From positions 29,760,001 through 29,824,000 of the forward strand of contig NC_088858.1 in NCBI RefSeq assembly GCF_963853765.1: a stretch of 64,000 nucleotides of DNA, written 5' to 3'. Each line of letters opens with the position of its first letter. Position 1 is the stretch's first letter. Both the position numbers and the translations under genes were made by a program. The stretch is from Magallana gigas (taxonomy: Eukaryota). A model generated the notes under the pieces. The model saw only the letters and a list, made by a program, of their open reading frames with translations. It was not told where the DNA came from and ran no database searches. Below are positions 13,501 to 27,795 of the stretch, one piece after another.

Positions 13501-16083
13501 GTTATTGGTTAAGAAAGTGCATAATTGCAAAATTTTCAGAACCCCCCCCCCCCCAAAACCCCCACCACATATAATGGTAGCTACTTGTTGGGGGGAGTGG
13601 GGCTAATTGGTTGCAGGTGGCAAACGTTCTTACCTTATGGGCACCACATATTGTTCCTTCAGCAGCCGCCTCCAACCGGGTCGTGCACTTGTTCTCCAAC
13701 CGACACCACAGTGTGGTGCAGATGTCCTCCTTTTGAAAGAAATAGTTGCATCAGTAATGACCTTAAAAATAATCCTAGAGTATCATAAATATTTTTATCG
13801 ATTATTTTCTCTACCGGTAAATGTATAGTTGGAACTATTTTCATGTTTCTGACACAAGGTAAGACCGTGTGTACCTGTTCCCCACAGAAGGAGGAGTTGG
13901 GTCCGTACGTCAGTCTGCACTGGTGGTCTACGTCATACATGATACCAGGTGGCAGCACCGGGTAGTCGTAATCCGTGTCTCGGTACTTGGCGGGCTCGTC
14001 CTCCAGACAGTACCCCCAGCCTCGACTGTGTGTGCAAAACATAAACAGTGTGACCCCCGTCAAATATAGAGTAAGTATATAAATGCGTTCTAGATATAAT
14101 TTGTTTCAAAGTAATCAATCTACGCGTTTTGACATTAATATCATGTCAAGCAGAATATACACGTTAACATCGCAGGTGTTGTACTTTTTTACGTACTCGA
14201 TGAACTCTGTTATGGCGCGCTTGCTACAGTTGGACCACTTCATCAGGGGACTAACCGCCATCAGCTGACTCTGCATCAGGTACAGGAAGTGGTCAGTTTT
14301 CGATGTGTGGCAGCCACTTCTCCGACTATCGTGGGTCATTCCAAAACTATCAGAATATTAATAGCAAAATATTTACACCTTGTTTAAGAATGACTTATTT
14401 ATTGTACAGTTAAAATGACAACCTTTTTAACGTACTTGTGGCCAAGTTCGTGAGTGATGGTGTATGCCAGGGAGAGGCCAGAGTCCTCGTTGATGCTGCA
14501 GGTCCTGTGAGGCTGGCACAGCCCCGAGGTGTAGGCCAGCCCGAGGGTGTTACACGGCCTGTTCATCCGGGCACATATATCCTTCCTACAACAACGAAAC
14601 TAACCAATCACAGCCGCGCTCTTGCAGAAACATCAAATAGAACCATTTTAACAGGAGCTTGGACTTTGGGTAGTTGTGTCAAACAGCATTGTGACGTAGG
14701 CCTGTCTATTTCATTGTAGGCCACTCAGTCATGGCTCTTTGAAATCAACAAGATTTGTCAGGCTTTTGAGGTAAGGCTACGCAATCGGTGTATATTTCGC
14801 TTGAAACCAGCGTCATTTTAACTTGTTTTGACGCAAGAAATAGATAGTTACATCAAACTGAAAGTCCAAGGACTTGTTAAAATGGTTCTAAATGGATAAG
14901 CATTAAATGATTGACTGAGATGTTGAACTACGGTGAGTCTGAGCCTACCTTGTGAGAAGCACGGCCACATCGTGGTGGTTGGGGTGGTCCTCGTCCTTCA
15001 TGTTGATTCTCGTCTGCCATTTGCAAAAACTGTGCAGTGATTTGTCAGCATGGTGGGTTATAGTCAGATCTTTCTGAATTCAAATAAAAGATCGCATGTT
15101 TAATCGTTGTATGGAGGTAAGTTTTGCATTTGATGCTTATTGGTCTGTTGGATGGTATATTTACCTGGTCATCTTCCAGTAGAATTATTCGAACAACTAC
15201 GATGTTAACTGCATTTCCCAACGAAGCATCGTGAAATAAATTTGAAACCTGGAAGATTTAATGAAGGTTATATGACAAATACTGGTACAGTATATAGCCA
15301 TACATGTATAACTTATCATGATCAGTCGCGTGTCATAAGTTTGTCGATCTTACACTTACATGTAGAAAATGTTAAAACACAATTAAATATGGTAAAGACT
15401 TTATGTTTATCTTTAATAAAAAGTAAATGAAAACAAATTGCGATTTTTATGTTATTATCATGTATACCATGTTCATTATGGTGAGAACGTAGGTAGTGAC
15501 GTCTTCATTTTTGTAATACTCCGTCATTTCCGGGTCGACCACTACTAGCGTCTCCACGTGATGTTCCACAGATATAGAACGTTTCTGTCGTCTGCTTTGA
15601 CGCCCGCTTCGCCGCCGGTGTTCGACCTCCCACCGCTCGCGTTTGCTGGTGGATTTTTGAGTTTTTATTTCTGAAAGATATTAATTTTGTATATAGTACA
15701 AATCCGGAGTCATTGTAGTGTAATTTGCTAATGGAACCCATTAATCAGCAATTCTATCACATGAGAAATCTGAGAACTATAATGGGGAACCGTCGGATAA
15801 GACACAAACGTGTGACTAGAGTTTCCATTGTTTGAAATCATTTCTTTTTAGTCTATGAACTGTTCACACTAAGTCGATTTGTTGATAAAATTAATTGCTC
15901 AGAAAAAACCGGGTCACTCATTTTGTTAGGTGTAAATTTCATTGCGACTGATACACCATATAACTAACTTGTTCATTTTTTATTCATGACAAAGAAGTTA
16001 ATAACTTTGATAAATTATGGTATTATATGCGTCATATGATGCCTGCGAGTACATTTTTTGATTAAGAAATTGTGTGTTTGTGC

Positions 16084-16141
<58 letters not shown>

Positions 16142-19100
16142 CGTTGTTTCCACACTCGTCCTTTGATTTTGGATGGCCATGACCTTGGTCGGGTTCTGTG
16201 GGGGTGTGTTGATAAATGATGTGAGGGTGGCCGTCAGTAACATTTTGAGGGCGCTTTACTGGTTCAATAAAGTACGTGGTATCACCAGTGTGAATCAAAC
16301 CATGCTGAAATTTCAAACACACATTTTTACATTAAACTCAGTAATAAAAAGAAAGTTTGTAAAATTTTCTCTTAAAAACACCTTTTCTTTTTGCTTCTTA
16401 ACTTTATAATAAAAATTGGTCGAACTGACTCTTACCCTAAATCAACATCGAATACTTTTGAACAGTACGTACTATTGCGTAGGTAGATTTTATAATTTGT
16501 AATACTTTAGGTCAATGACACATACAAGCAGCAAATACATGTAATTGTAGTGAAGGAGGGGGGGGGGGTTGGTTAAAGATGAATTATCATCTGTAATATC
16601 AGGAATGACGGTAAACTATGACTTCACATGTTTTCTCTTAAAACAATGATTTCTGTTATTTCTAAGCCCTGTGTGCTGTAGTTTGGACGGATACCGATGT
16701 ATCAGCACACAGCATGTATTCGCACAACAATAAAGAACGATCAATATTTCTCTATTTCTCGTGCTCGTTGCGTTTCTTAAATTTTGTTTAATTTCTTGTT
16801 TTACAAGATGCGGAAGGTTGTGTTTGTGGTTTTGTTATCGAATCCTTTAACCAAGTTTCAGAAAAAAAAATTCACAAAATATGAAAAAGCAAGAGTAAAT
16901 GATTTGTTTTCCAGAAACGGTTGTCCGAATTGTTTAAAGTACGCAAGTAACACGAAACTGTGTCAAGTATTTGAAATTTCTTTATAGTTCAAATCCCAAA
17001 TTTCACGATTGTAAATAAATTTGTTTGCCGAAGTCAATCACCAGGCACTTCACAGAAGGAAATCATTAACAACCATATATATATTTTATGTGGAGAATGC
17101 CCCTGCTTGGAGTTATAACGATTAGGTTCTTCTTACACTTTCAGAATCAAATTGCTGTCGTCTGCAAATACGCTTTATTTTGGCGGACTAAAAAGCGCTA
17201 CATCAAAGAGTAGTTGGTAAAAATGAGTTTTTAGTTTGCATTGAAATTGGCAAAACTTGTCCGGGGTCAACATCTGACAATGTGTCACCTGTTCCGTGGG
17301 TTCCTACGTCTTTTGGTTAATAAATTCGACTTTTTTTTCATGAAGGAATAGAAAAGCGGCACGTTATAATGGACACCGTCTTTTGTTCGGGTAGAGACAT
17401 GACCACGCCATTATCAAACTGATATGACAGCTTTCATCCCGTATCAAGTGCACAGTGCTGAAATATTACAAGCGAGTGCAGGGAAGTACAATGTTGGGGG
17501 GTTTTTTTAGGCCAAGAGTATAATAACTGTCATGACTTTAAGTTTAAAAAAGCCTGATATTGACTGCAAAAATCACAAGACAATCGTGTATTTGTTCACA
17601 CTTGATATCACTTTTCTTTCAAAGTCCAAAGCTTGGTTACATAACATCGCGTTACAAATCGAAAAAAAAATTATGAATCATACTTAATCATGATTATGCA
17701 ATAAAAAGCGCAATTCATCATTAAAATTTAATATACATAATGCACCTCACGCTAAATCAGAGGTAAGCAGTTTCCATTCATAAATTGTGCCCCTAGCGCG
17801 TGACAGTAGTTCGGTCCTCCAGACATTTTTAATGATGGGTCATTCGATCCGTCAGATTATATATATGCTATTGTAAGCAGAGGGTAGCAATTACATGTTC
17901 TCAATGGACGCGCTTTATAGAAAAAATGTCTGAGACTGAATGAAGGGGTAACTAATGCTGTACATTCGATCTGGTTGTAGCTCCCTTAGATCTAACATCA
18001 GATATTTTTTCGAACATGTTCTCACAGTAGATACCAAAGTATTGGTAAATTATGAATGAAATATACCGGGAGCTTCCATTGCATTTAAATCAGACAAAAC
18101 ATCACGTAATTCAACTCACTGGGTCAAACCGTGACCCAATTCATATTCTGATGAGATTTGACAATCCATATATTGAATTAAAGATTATTAATAATCGTTG
18201 ATTGCTATGAACATGCATTTCCTTGCGAATCGTACAAGCAGGTGTGCATTTATTTTGACAAAATTCCAAAATCTGCCACCTTAAGGGTATTTTTGTTCCA
18301 GTTTGCAGAATGATTTGTTCAAACTCCAAATTAAAGGTGAAAAGGAACCGAAATTGGTCGGTATTATTTATCAACATGGCAGATTTTTCAAGTATCTGCA
18401 TCATATACATTGTATGATGGTTGTCTCGGATGCCAAAACCGCTTGGTATAGGATCACCTTGTTCTTACACATCTGCTTGTTATTTCTGAGAATGCAAAGG
18501 TTCAGTGATTGGAATATTTACTGAAATGATGATAAAGACCAGCAATTACCAGCGTTACCTGCTACATCCTAACGCTAATCACTGACAGTCAAGATCCAGG
18601 GAAGCCCTTTGAAGGAGGGCTAATACCTTTGTAACACATGCAATTAACGACGATTTCTCTTCGCTTACTGACGAAATCAATTAAGTACAACTCCAACTAA
18701 AATATGGCTCCATAGTAAATCGTTTTCAACTTTTATATCAAACACTTTAAAATATCTTGACGTCATAAACTTCGATAAACATGATATATACATGTAAAGA
18801 TTTGATTTTTCTCTGTTCCAAATTAACCATTTCTAGACATTTATCGAATTAACTAAAAAATTACATAATGTTGCTGTTAAAACGTTATTAATGTGCATAG
18901 GGAATATATATTAATAGCATGAGCACTTACTAAGCCGTCACACAAAGCGAGTGCGACTTTACTGTTGCTTCTGTCTAGGATTTCTCCTGTGTAGTGACAG
19001 GGCCGCTCTGTGCTGCCTGAGTATCTCACGAAGACTGAGTCCGAGACATTGTTGAAAGAGTTTCTCCTTGTCTCAACGACTAATGATGGATGGAAGAATT

Positions 19101-20711
19101 TTGTATTGGGCTTTAATTTGAGTACATAATCACTGTCTTTTACATTTAGTTTGTAATGTATGGCGTCTGAAAATTGGTCACTATTTCTTCGATGACGTAG
19201 TGAGTGAGGATGCAAGTCCTTTGAGATGACGTCACCACCTTCTGTGACTCGTAGAGGAATTGTTATTTCATAGTTATCCAAAGTGTTCACAAATTGACCT
19301 GCAATAAAAGATAATTCGTTCTGTTATTTTCGTCAGCTATTAACTTGCTTCGAAACAAATCACATGTTTTTGCACGTCGGTGTAGACTTATATCTGTTCT
19401 CACAGCACTCTTTGCAAAGTCAAAATATAGCTATCGCTTAAGAAGAGTCTGGGTATTTATCTTATAAAAAACAACCTCAAATCTAGCTGTCAGGTGTGAT
19501 TATGTAACACTGAAGGTAATGCAGGTTGAAGTCTACAAAGAAAGTTCATTTTAGTCGTACGCCCCAACGACAGAAGTAAAACGAACTGTGATGTTGCGAT
19601 ACAACTTTATGACCCAGAAGACATCTGACAGCTCTGTTGTTCATTAAGGATTGTGTGGTTTTCAGTATCATATGCCGATCTTTTTGTATGAACATTGTGG
19701 AAGCTTTTGAAGAATGCGTGTGATCTTTGGAGAGAATGACACAACCCTATGACCAAAGACAAGCTTCAAGACCAAAAGTTTATCATCTATAAAGCGATCA
19801 GGTACTTAATGTCAGACATCAGTATGCAATACCATAACAGAGATGAATTCAGTTTACTATGATCAGCATTTCAAACTCTGTACAGACAGGTTTTTTATCT
19901 AGCTGTTTCCATCTGCCCAAAAACTGGGTTCAGGCGTAATCTTTGACACAACCCCTCAACGTGTCTGTGGCGGGGCAACAAATTCATCTAACCTTATGAA
20001 TATGGTTTGTTTCACTTCTTGCAGATTAGCTTTCGATAACCTCATAAATCGGCTGAAATTGCATCCCATGACACTATCAAGGTGCACGACACAGGACGTC
20101 TTGTGAACTGGGTCAAAAATTTTCAGAGGTCGATAATTTTTTTCTCTGTTGAATATAATTAAACGATATACAGTATAAGAGGTTTTTTTTTCTTTCATTT
20201 GTGTATTTTTCACACATCATTACTTTCACAATTTGTTGTTAAATTCGTGACCCAATGTGGATATATAATGGTGCTTTATACAGAGAGAACAACGCCTGTA
20301 TAAGTCTTGCAGTGAACTGAGTTTATATAACAAATATTTGTCGAGCCCTGTTTTCTGTAGCTGTTCTTTCGATTATGAATGCCTTTCAACCACATACAAT
20401 GGGTCTTCAAGGTATTAAATCTTGACTTTCATCCCGATGTGAAAATGACTTCGAATCGAATCGAAGAATGCAAAACCACGCCGGAACATATAAGTATTCA
20501 TTATCATTTTTTTTTTACCTTTACATGTAAACTAAATACGTGACCCTAAAATTGTATTTTGCAAATTTGCTGTATAAGCTTTAAATGTAATCTTGCAATA
20601 CTTACCCTGTCGCCGGTCTAGAATTACATAATCCCTGGTCCCGTATACATTATGAGCTAAACATAGGAGACACGTCCACGCCAAATGAAAAAGCACGTTC
20701 CTTGATGTCAT
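7588..20711 (-). CDS. ADAMTS metalloprotease, ADAMTS7/12-like (signal peptide, prodomain, M12B catalytic, disintegrin-like, TSR1, Cys-rich, spacer, 4 TSR, mucin-like, 3 TSR, PLAC); 1471 aa
   Basis: 25 phase-compatible exons: 20711-20606, 19298-18931, 16304-16142, 15670-15468, 15248-15165, 15073-14949, 14585-14436, 14346-14197, 14025-13875, 13729-13634, 13429-13284, 13033-12970, 12455-12350, 11352-11225, 11002-10882, 10724-10483, 10374-10239, 10152-10026, 9918-9699, 9609-9463, 9378-8632, 8540-8370, 8252-8106, 7997-7847, 7754-7588 (4416 nt). Motifs: furin site RQKR|[15 protein letters not shown], zinc motif HELGHNFGMTHD, TSR1 [21 protein letters not shown] ..VNCCRTC. No symbol given because orthology within ADAMTS6/7/10/12 was not tested. 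Confidence 0.95.
14638..14890 (+). mobile_element. TA-flanked MITE, family copy 2, in ADAMTS intron 6
   Basis: TAGAACCATTTTAACAGGAGCTTGGACTTT ... AAAGTCCAAGGACTTGTTAAAATGGTTCTA; colinear with 33-283. Confidence 0.9.
16086..16138. repeat. (GA)n microsatellite abutting the ADAMTS exon 3 splice donor
   Basis: On the minus strand the sequence reads AACG|GTACTCTCTCTC... Confidence 0.97.
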
Positions 20712-22569
20712 AATGCTAGATGGATCTGATATGCACGAGTTTAAGAGAGTATAGTATTTGACAACCAAAATTGAACTTCACAATATACGGAACTTCATAA
20801 CGTCTCTCTGCACCATCACTGCGGCTAACTTCACTTCTCTGCAAATGCAAGAACTCGTACGCTTGGAAATAAATTTGTACACTTATGACGGCATCATCTG
20901 ATGTTAAATATAGGTAAAAGCGTCTTTAGCTAGGGCAGACTTGAGTAAGTATAGCTTATAGCGAGCGGCCTAGTTCAAAGCGAGTATGTCACAGGCGGTT
21001 CAGCCAATGAGGATGCGAGACGGCGAATCAGTTCCTATCAATGGGACAGTTCTTATTTACCTGCTCAGCGTATATTGAGGCGATTAAAAATAGATTACGT
21101 TTGTTTAAATGCGATCACATCCAAGAGGAGTAGTTGCGTGGCTTTTGCTCTCCATTTTTCCGTGCAGGTGTCGATTCTGGGCCCTGCACGGTACCTTCTG
21201 CTGAAAGTTGCTCGGTGAATGTGTTTTTTAAAAGGTGAAAATTCACAGGTAAAGTTGTATTAAGATATATCATACGGAAATATAAATTTGACATAGGACG
21301 TTATGATTCAGGAACACGTAGACAAAAAATTTAGAATAAAACCAACAACCTAGCCTGATCTCAATTACAGGGGGACCCTGACAATGCAGACAGATAATAA
21401 ATACCATGATATACAATATTTCCAGTGTGAAGTAAATAAGAGAAAGTATATATCACAATCTATGCATTGTCAATGGAATCGTTTGCATGAATGGTGGTTT
21501 GAAAACAGGCGATGCATTAAATCTAGTTTTAATAAACCGCAGGATGTACATTGAAATTTACTCAAGCCCGACTTGTGCACAATGTAGGCATTTGTTGCGA
21601 TTTTATCTTAATTCCCATATACCTTCTCAATGAACAAGTTGGCATGTTTAATTGACGTATATTTGTGTACTCGATGTGTATGTTCCGTGCATACATGTTT
21701 GCTGTAATATTCGGTATCTCTTTTTCAACATGCAAATTCATTCTTGTTAGATTCTTCATTTATTTGTGAATCCAGAATTTAAAAAAAAGTAAAACCCTTT
21801 TAAAACACATTAAATGTTTTAAGAGTTTCTTCTGTTTGCAGTGCTTGTAAATATTTTCCGGCTATCCTTTCTACAGCCCTGAAATGTTTACATCTCGCCA
21901 CTTTAAAGAAGCAATGAACAATTCTATCTTATATAACAAGACTTTGACGTGTAGAAAGAAAGACAGTTGAACAGACATCAGGCGTGGAATCAAGGCGATA
22001 GTTGTGTATATCTTTTATAGATAGTGATTAACACTATTCTATCTGGTGTTCAATCGGTATCAAGGGATTATCTCAAATACTGGGCTACAGTCAAACTTGT
22101 TTACGGTGTGAAATGGCCAACTTTTTCGTCGTTTGATTTAATTTAGGCTTCGGTGCGATTCCGGAGCCGATCTCACATGTTAACACTCAATTAGCAGGTT
22201 AATGTATTTATGTATTCTATTCTATCTTAGTGTTACATCGAGACAGTGTCGCAACACGTATTACAAATGTTTACAAATTTAAAGTACATGGGACTATTAA
22301 CTATGAGTCATTCAGCAAAATTTTGACAGATCATTCATTATTTTTTTCAAAAACGCTGAATTTTTTTCACATATACATACGTAGAATTCAATCATCTTAT
22401 CTAGGGTTTTTGTTGGAACATTTATAATTTGCAGAGTAATTTGCATATTTTACATGTTAGAACTTTAATGTCTAAAACTTAAAAAAATAATTAGCTCTCG
22501 TTTCGGTGGCGTTAGCGCTCTCCGTATGTATTCTCATGAAACTGGGTTAATGCCCTACAATAGGCAGTT

Positions 22570-22667
22570 CTAGGCAGTTTTTTCCTGAGTGTTTTTCGGT
22601 TTGTTTATTTGTTGTTGTTATTGTTGGGGTTTTTTGTTTTGTTTTTGTTTTGTTTTTGTTTTTTGTT

Positions 22668-22698
<31 letters not shown>

Positions 22699-22800
22699 TT
22701 TCATTGCTTTATTTATTTTTTTCTTGGTATTTTGGGTGGAAGGGGGGAGGGGAGTTTTTTTCTCTCTTTTTTGTCCAGAGTTTTTTTTTTCCTAAGTGTT
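22570..22800. repeat. Low-complexity T/G-rich tract
   Basis: Runs of T interspersed with G and poly-G; source of the three Phe-rich spurious ORFs at 22589-22859. Confidence 0.9.
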
Positions 22801-25071
22801 TTCATTTCATCTTGCTCAAATTACATCAAAATGTCGTACACCAATTAGCTGAAACATAATGGAGAAGGATGAAAAACAAGATGTACTTGACGCCATTGCA
22901 GATAATGAATTTAATATCAGCACTGCTACAATTGAAGCCTTTTAACGCGGGGAAAGGTTGTATTCGTCATTTCGTCTAATACGGTCTTTGGCGGCTTTGA
23001 ATTCGTCGGTTTAGGTCATCGAAAAATGAAAAGTCTGAGACGCGGTTAGTCACTTCCGCTTGTTGCAATGTCGGCTTCAGGACGGTGACAAATACAGTAC
23101 GTCCAACATTCTGTTCTACAGCGTACAATGTAATTGATTACATTCAAGTTCATTTAGCTGCAGAATTGTATAAGGTCTAAAGCAGTTATACTTGTTGTTC
23201 TCTGACGCATATTGAAACGAATTATCTTAACAGGAAAAACTGTTTCGAGGAATGAAACGATAAAGAATCACGCTAGCAAATCAAAGTTTCATTTATATCA
23301 CGTATTTTTATATGACCGTGTTCTCACGATCAAAATAACGGAATATATATGGTCTACATTCATTTGACATCCAAAGATATTCAACTCATTATACGACACT
23401 GTGCTACTCCCCACAAAACCCACAGAAAGACATGCTTTCTTATTAATTATTTTCGGGAACTCACACTGTTATATTGCTTTTTATTTATGCAATTCATCAA
23501 GTGTTGCCATTTCTTCAAACAGAAAAAAGTCTGAAAACAAATTAAATCGGGTTTGGAAAATCTGATTAAAATTTATGGGAGTGTAAGGACACATCTTTCT
23601 TTCACGATGTTGATTTTATCGAACGTTTTCTTGCAATATGAATTGACCTATGATGCAAAACTATCACACTCGTGGCATCGTATGTGTACCAATGTTTTAG
23701 AGTCTTAACGGCAACGCAATTCCGGTAATTTGTCTTCAGATTTTTTCTCGCTTTTTTTTGCATGGAAACTTTTTTTTTTAAGTCTGTAACAATCTTCAAA
23801 ATAAAAATATCTACTTCACTCATTTCTGGGAAAATATTTGTAAAAAAATCTATCAGATTTTTATTCATATGGAGAAACATCATAAATTCCATAGTACATG
23901 TACATGTTTCAAGATAACTCTGCTTCTGAAACTAAAAAAAAAATTAAAGTTCTACCTGGTTTTGGCAACGCTTCAAACGTGTTGAATTTTATTTCTCAAT
24001 TTGCTTTATTCAATAAATCTGAATTATTAAACAACAGAGAATTATTTGTTCATGACGTAGATTTACCGGTAATTTGGTTATAATGCGTAATAAATTTTAT
24101 GTTTTATAATGGAAAGGTTATGTTATGGTTTATTTACATAAATGTTCATTTTTCATATTTTTTTTCATAACAGCTCAATTATGCAAACATGTTATAACAT
24201 TGTAAGACACTAGTTTTAAATTTCTTTCAATTTTACACCAATGTATATATTTATGATATTAACACTGATATTAACATGATATTAAATTCAGCAGGCAATC
24301 GATTTGATCGGGAACGTCCTTGCAATGTCTTTAAATGGCTTCTAGATTAACAAAATAGCAAATTGACCACTGCTCTTTGTCCATCTATTGCTTTTTCAAT
24401 TTTGTGTATCATTCAATATTTACGGATACATAACTGTACATACATAATGAACATTTGTCCAAAACCATGAGTGCATGCTGCGCATACTGAGTGCATACTT
24501 CGCATGGCGTACATTTAAATGTTTCATCAGAGACAGTACCAAAATGTCAGAGCAATTGAAGTAATTTTCTTCATTGCATATGGAATTGCAAAATGCATAC
24601 ACCGTTGGCGGTACCTAACACGTGTATTAGTGACTTTGAGTTGTCATCCGACCTGTGTATTAGACTTCACAATCTTCTTGTCAAGACACAAGCAATCATT
24701 TCAGGAAGATAAAATATAACGGATAATTACCCCCGTCAAAATATAAATCATAAATCCATAGTTAAAGGCTTATATTAATCCGCTAAAACGCTTGCTTATG
24801 TCAGGTATGAGTCACATTTTATAAAGCGCTCATCTGATAAAATCTAAACAACCACAATATAAAACCCTGAACATCTGGTCGGTTCATTCTGCACGACATT
24901 AACCCCTATCCTCCCAGACTACGTCGATCCACGCTATCAGAGTTGGTTCCGATTCATTCATTTGATTTTTGATTAAAAGAGTTCGATGTTACATAACCGT
25001 TCATCGTTTTTAAAAAAAAGTAGTATGAAGCTAAGCTGGAATGAGTGCAACAGTATATCAATTTTTTTAGT

Positions 25072-25072
<1 letters not shown>

Positions 25073-25110
<38 letters not shown>
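25073..25110. repeat. (CT)n microsatellite
   Basis: Seen directly. Confidence 0.97.
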
Positions 25111-25113
<3 letters not shown>

Positions 25114-26965
25114 AATATTCGTAACTTTAACGATGAATTCAAATAAACGCCAATTAATATATAAAAAAAATATGCATTAAGATGTTTTGAAAATCTAATT
25201 TAAGAATGTAAATTAAGTTTTTAACATGTTAATTATTTTCTTTGAAAAGTTTTATTTATTTGCATAATGAGGATGAATTACATACAAAGCGTAAAAAAAA
25301 AATCAGAGCTAACGTATTTGATGTGTGACAATTGGGTCTGATGTTCACAGGTGACACGTATGCCCTCAATGTAAGAAATTGTTGCTGTTTTTGCCAGAAT
25401 TTGTGTTAAATTCACACAACATTATAAAGTTACACTATTACCTACATTAAGTCGAATAACAAACAGACCATGCATCTTATCTGATATATTTTGGTCTAAA
25501 CATCTGAAGAGGAAAGGGCGCTTTGTAAAGACTGTAGCGGCGCCGTCATACGTAATCTGTACCGCCGCTAGGTCATTATAAGCCCGGGCTATGGTCACTA
25601 ATTATGTCGTCAACAAAATAAACAAGAAGGTAAAATACGTTTCCTTATATAATGGTCTATAGTTGCCCTTGAGCTTTCTCAGTTGAGTTACGTTAGAAAA
25701 ACGAGATACGAAGCTAGATCCTGAATGGCTTTCATTCAGGAGGGTCGTCTCCGAGGGAATCTGTGATGAATTGATTTCGGTAATTGAATACGTTGATACC
25801 GGGTTTAAACTAACATTCGATTCAATATCCTACTTACGAGCTCATTTATCGCCAAAACAGATCATTCATTTCTTGTAAAAGTTGTAAATCCCCTTGATGA
25901 GTCAGAGGCTATAATGTGTAACATTTATACATGATTTTATTTACCAAAACGATACACCGCTCTCTCTTCCATGCAGGTGGTCGTCTGTGTAACAATGTAT
26001 AGGCTGTAGAAGACAGTCAGTGGAAAGATGCTCTACCAACAGAGATATACACAAAGCAACACACTGAACGAACACTGGCGACAGACGATAAGTAGATGAC
26101 GATTTGTGTATTGTGTTCAGTGAAATAAAACCGCTCATTCATATAGGCACCTGAAATAATTATTGGAGTTGACGTTTTGCACAGATGGAAGGTCAAAGTA
26201 AATTCTATCATCAATTACTTGGATTACAATAAAGCAATGAATATATACCTCGTTTAATCACTTTAAACATCCAAAAAGAGTGAATAAAAGGGTGACAGAT
26301 ATATCTATTATGGTATTTAGATTCACCACACAAATTAAGAGAATTTCAAAGGTGTGATATCGATGTAGTCGCTTTTGTCAAAGAATTCAACTCGAGGAAC
26401 GTTTCACTAAAATAGCAATTAAAAATATAAACTGTTTGTAATAAAAGAGTCAGCAATATGCGCATATAAAAAAATAATTCAAACCGTCTTTTTTTTAAAA
26501 GTCGAAATACATGTAGATAAACTACCGATTGAATGGAAAACGTACAATATATTCCGAGCAGTGGCATTATTCTGCCCCTTATAATTTAAAATCTATGATA
26601 ATCAAAATACAGTCCTGAGTATATGAGTCATGATTTGCATAACAGCCTGAATAAGTTGCATGTCAGCGTGTCAACAGATATACTTTGCATGTTTGGTGCT
26701 TTGATCAGTTAGAACTGCGTCTCATAGTGTATTGCATGCTCCCATACTGTGTAGAAATGGATCTCGCACATACATAACATGTAGCAACATTGATGTCAAC
26801 ATAAGTCTCAACTTACAAGATGAAAAAAAAAATGTTGCATTTTTGGTTCAATACATTATTAGTAACGATATCAAATTAATAAATTGTGATTTATTGTTGT
26901 ATCTTGCATGGCTGATCTAAAAAGACTCCATTTGTATAAAAAGTAAGATCCCGAAATAATTAAGT

Positions 26966-27375
26966 CAGTGACAGATCCAGGATTTGATTAATGGGGGGGG
27001 GGGGGGGGGGGCAAAATGCAGGAGGTCTGTGGACCGCCTTGATTCCTCCAGTGGGTCCAGGACAAAACCCTGGTGGGGACCCAGGGGCAAATCCATCAAA
27101 AGCTCACAGGTTTGGGGGTTTCAAAAACACTTCTTGGGTTATTATAGCTGTATATGACATATTATAAGGTCAACGAATAACAATACACATTTACTGCATG
27201 ATGGTGAGGGAAATATGAAAATTTATTCCCCCCCAAAAAAATCATATTTCCCGAGGGCGTTATATAGAATAATCATATTGAGGTGTAATAATAAAAATTC
27301 TTTTTCTGTAGATGTATTCATTTTTTTAAAAAAAATACCCCCCCCCCCCCCTTTCCCGCTCTCAATCCGCCGGTG
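26966..27375. mobile_element. Degenerate MITE with CAGTG.C.GATCC termini and internal poly-G/poly-C
   Basis: Left end CAGTGACAGATCCAGG, right end CTCAATCCGCCGGTG (decayed inverted repeat); poly-G at about 26993-27011 and poly-C at about 27338-27350; no TSD resolved. Confidence 0.55.
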
Positions 27376-27503
27376 TATTAGACCGTAGTGTTTGCAGTAA
27401 ATGCACAATACTGTGGTCTAAATATGAAAGTCAGTTTTCAAAAATGGTGTTTGGTGTGCTATTGCATTGTTTACAATCTTGGACTTGCAAGCTATTTAAC
27501 ACC

Positions 27504-27795
27504 AGCACAATTATATTCTGTACATCACAATATTTTACACTCTTAGACTTAACACACAATTTTACACTCTGAGACAAGCACAATATTATAGCACACAATT
27601 TTACACTGTTACACTAGCACAATATTTTACACTCTTAGGCTGGCACACTATTTTACACTCTATTTGTATACACTCCTAGACTAGCAAACATGCTATTTTA
27701 CACTCTTAGACAAGCACAATTTTACACTGTTAGACTAGCACAAGATTTTACACTCTTAAACTAGCAAAATATTTGAAACTCTTAGACTAGCATAG
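27504..27795. repeat. Minisatellite, ~25-bp degenerate unit (TATTTTACACTCTTAGACTAGCACAA-like), roughly 10 copies
   Basis: TTTTACACTC/TTTTACACTG and TAGCAC motifs recur at about 25-bp spacing. Confidence 0.85.

Noticed and set aside
23602-23892. 96-aa - strand ORF, possible transposase relic
   Set aside because: Built partly on homopolymer runs; no catalytic or domain motif and no convincing splice context.
25763-25900. C/D-box snoRNA starting at GTGATGA
   Set aside because: No D box (CTGA) or terminal stem within a plausible distance.
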